From: Octopus sinensis
Taxonomy: Eukaryota
Assembly: GCF_006345805.1 (NCBI RefSeq)
Contig: NC_043015.1
Coordinates: forward strand, 48,484,001-48,548,000
Direction: 5' to 3'
Length of the DNA: 64,000 nt
The translations under genes and the position numbers were made by a program. How positions within the stretch are numbered: position 1 is the first letter of the stretch; each line of letters begins with the position of its first letter. The notes beneath the pieces are model-generated. The model was not told the origin of the DNA, made no database searches, and saw nothing but the letters and a program-made list of their open reading frames with translations. Positions 61,146 through 64,000 of this stretch are shown one piece after another.

Positions 61146-62019
61146 GTTTAGAGTGACAAAAATTTTGGCATCCTATTACAAACAATGAATGTTTATGCAA
61201 AGTTAACAGTGTATATTTCTGAATGACTGACTTATGCCTTCCATGCTGCTATTGTTGTCATTTAAAAGATTTTGGCAATTTCGAAAAAACATGAGTCTCT
61301 CTCTTTCTTAAGGACATGTGTTCAAGACACACGGCTTTGCTTCTTCTTCATGGCATACCATTTATTCCAACAGTAAACTTCACTAAGTGTGATTAGTGTT
61401 AAGAACAGAGCTAAACTCTAGAGAAGGTAATTCTATGGAGGAAGCCATAAAAGTTATACAATAATATTCCCCATTTTTCTGAACCTATGTGTTCTGTGTC
61501 AGAGAAATTATTCTCAAAATATACCAATTTCATACATAAGCACAAAGTTTAAGATTTCCAAAGAACGAAATGAGAACATATGATGCATTTTGGTGGTGAT
61601 AGCTGGGATTCGAAACAGTTTACCTGAAACTTATGTTGTACGACAATGTGTACATTGTAATTTTTCTGGTAAAATAAAATGATGCAATTAATTAATGTGG
61701 AGTTCATTTTAAAATATAAAACAATATTTTATGAATGCTAAGTAAAATAAAATACTTATTTAAGAATGATATATTTGTATTTTTAACACATCAACCAAAA
61801 TACATTTATATGATTTACTTTTAAAAAAAATAACAGCCAAAAAATATAAAACTTGCCATTATAAATTTTTTTTTTTAATCTTTGTACAGTATCTTATGTA
61901 TGATATTGTAAATAACTTAGTAATACATTTAAAAAAGGTGGTAGACCCAAGTGGCTCCTAACCCAAATATAAACCCACTATTTCTAGTCATGCTCAATAC
62001 CTTACAATTTGAATGATAG

Positions 62020-62420
62020 CCAATAATTTTTTCAGCCATACACTACAACCTCTGGATCAAATCCCCCGTCCCATCTCATTTTTCTACAACTATAGCAATG
62101 ATAGCATCAACACCTTTGTACTGCTCAAAATTACCTTTAACCCACATTTAACCAACACATGTCATCTCTTATGTTTCACCCCAGCCCATAAATTAAACAG
62201 ATGGTTGAGTTAAACGGGTCACTTTTCCCAATACTTCCTTCACAGACTATTACTGCCCCCACTCCACTCCACCCCTGGAATTCCTTCCCAACCAAATTTT
62301 TTCCTGCAGATGATGGCTTACAGACATTAAAGTTAGTTGACCAGATATCGATCTCGCCAGCCTCAGAAGGCTGGCAAATATCATGGCTACCGTCCCACAT
62401 CTTCATTAAACTACAAAGAA
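62020..62420 (+). mobile_element. Decayed Penelope-like RT relic
   Basis: C-rich + strand with frameshifted remnants resembling HSYL..SSHP and CSDD motifs. Similar relics at about 38750-39060, 43150-43520 (GIY-YIG-like, minus strand) and 59150-59520. Confidence 0.3.
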
Positions 62421-63099
62421 TATAAAAATAAAAGCACCCTATAGTATAATAATATATACTTAAACCCTTTCATCATTTTTATAACATGAATTGACTGCTT
62501 TAATGTTTAAATTAATTTTCAAAATAAATCAAGAATTGAGTGAAATTTAACAAAATAATTATATAACCTGTTGGTTGTATAACTGGCATGGGGAACATAA
62601 AAGTGTTCAGCTACGCATATTATTAAATAATAAGATGTGATCTTAATTGAAATATGTACATTTATGAGGGAATTTTAGACAGATTGGTAACAAGGGAGAA
62701 GGAGCAGTGTCTGATAGGTTGGTATCAAAACGGTTAGACACTAATTACTTTAAATGTTGTGTTACTGCATTGAAGTTAATATAAGCTTGAAGAATAAAGA
62801 GTCTGCATGGACTATAATATGAACATAGTAAATATTGAGGGCAAGATACCAGATTTAACTCACAACAGACTCTTAGAAAGAAGACAAGCAAAAGGAATAT
62901 TGTTGATAAAATACATGTATTAAAGTTTCTGACCTGACTCATATCGTTAGGTGCGGACAGAGGGACGCTAGCAACATCCAGGCTATGCATTCCTAGGAGC
63001 TGAAAATATTGACCGAGTATGAGACTGGGATCAAAGATTAGAACAAAAACCCCACCGAAAAACTAAGTCATATGCTCCTTACTGAAGAGAAGATAGAAT

Positions 63100-63330
63100 T
63101 ATACATACATATATATATTTAATACACACGTCCATACATATATAATACATATTGCACGCATACATATGATACACACATAATTATACACATATATAATACA
63201 CACACAAATAAATAAATAATACACACAAATATGTAATACACGCAAATATAATACACACATAAATATATAAAACACAAATAAATAAAACACATACATATGT
63301 ATAATACACACATACATGCACAAATTCATA
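63100..63330. repeat. Degenerate (ATAC/AT/AC)n low-complexity tract
   Basis: Read directly from the sequence. Similar tracts lie at 318-398, 3080-3190, 5837-5897 and 12240-12330. Confidence 0.9.
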
Positions 63331-64000
63331 CAGTAATATGCAAATATTGCCCTAAAGAAAATAAACGATAAAACATTACATCAATTCTTTGTTAAAAAAA
63401 GCTACAACATTAAACAGTTCTAGTTTTGGGTTTAATTATGGCAAATAAAAATTAAAGTTGAAGTAATTTAAGAGAGGGATGTACGTTAAATTTTTTATGC
63501 TGTGACAGCTATACCTTAACCAACTAACTCATTAATCATAATTAGGCCTTAATGAAAATTCCTCTCTCCATAAACTGACATAGACAATGGAATAATTGTT
63601 AATCTAAGACACGTTCTGAAAATGCAAAAGAAATAATTACAGAAATCATTTCAAATTAACAAAAGCTAAGTCAATATTTATACGAATTTAATACACATAT
63701 TAATTGAAAATTGATTACAGATGCACTCATTTGTGCATCTGCAACCACAAACTAGTTTTTGCATTTTTGTAAATGTGTAAATGTAAGACCACGATAAAAA
63801 AAATTGCACACACACACAAACATACATACAATGTGTGTTTAATTACACAAATACAGTTGTATTGATCCTTAAGCTAGATGGGTTCAGCTCTAGATAATAT
63901 GGAAATGTACTTTGGTTAGAATAAGGTCACTTAAGAGAATGTACTCTCTTAATGACTAAGTTCTAGCCATGAATTTTATTGCTAAACTAAGGGTAATAAC

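Noticed and set aside
63099-63329. C/V/Y/I-rich ORFs here and at about 2944-3291, 11678-11950 and 12128-12508
   Set aside because: They are translations of (TA)n, (TG)n and (ATAC)n tracts.

Overview
AT-rich animal genomic DNA packed with microsatellites, SINEs and MITEs. The repeat families resemble those of octopus (an inference). Two spliced genes converge tail-to-tail. (1) On the + strand is a complete 4-exon gene (8404-23874, 208 aa) for a single-domain rhodanese of the TSTD3/CG4456 type, with an acid-free, mitochondrial-type N-terminus and Gly in place of the catalytic Cys. (2) On the - strand are the last 7 coding exons (51889 down to 37331, 380 aa) of a fragile-X (FMR1/FXR) RNA-binding protein, including a 27-nt microexon and a probable ~6.4 kb 3'UTR. 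Its Agenet and most KH exons were not found and probably lie beyond position 64000. The rest is mobile DNA: decayed Tc1 and maT-like transposases, several MITE families, a Helentron-type element, several SINE families and LINE/Penelope relics. The most notable non-coding structures are two minimal hammerhead-ribozyme motifs (1018-1100, 3505-3598), a foldback palindrome of 62-bp repeats between the two genes, and several long hairpins inside introns. All exon boundaries and alignments were made by eye, and family names are from memory, not database searches.
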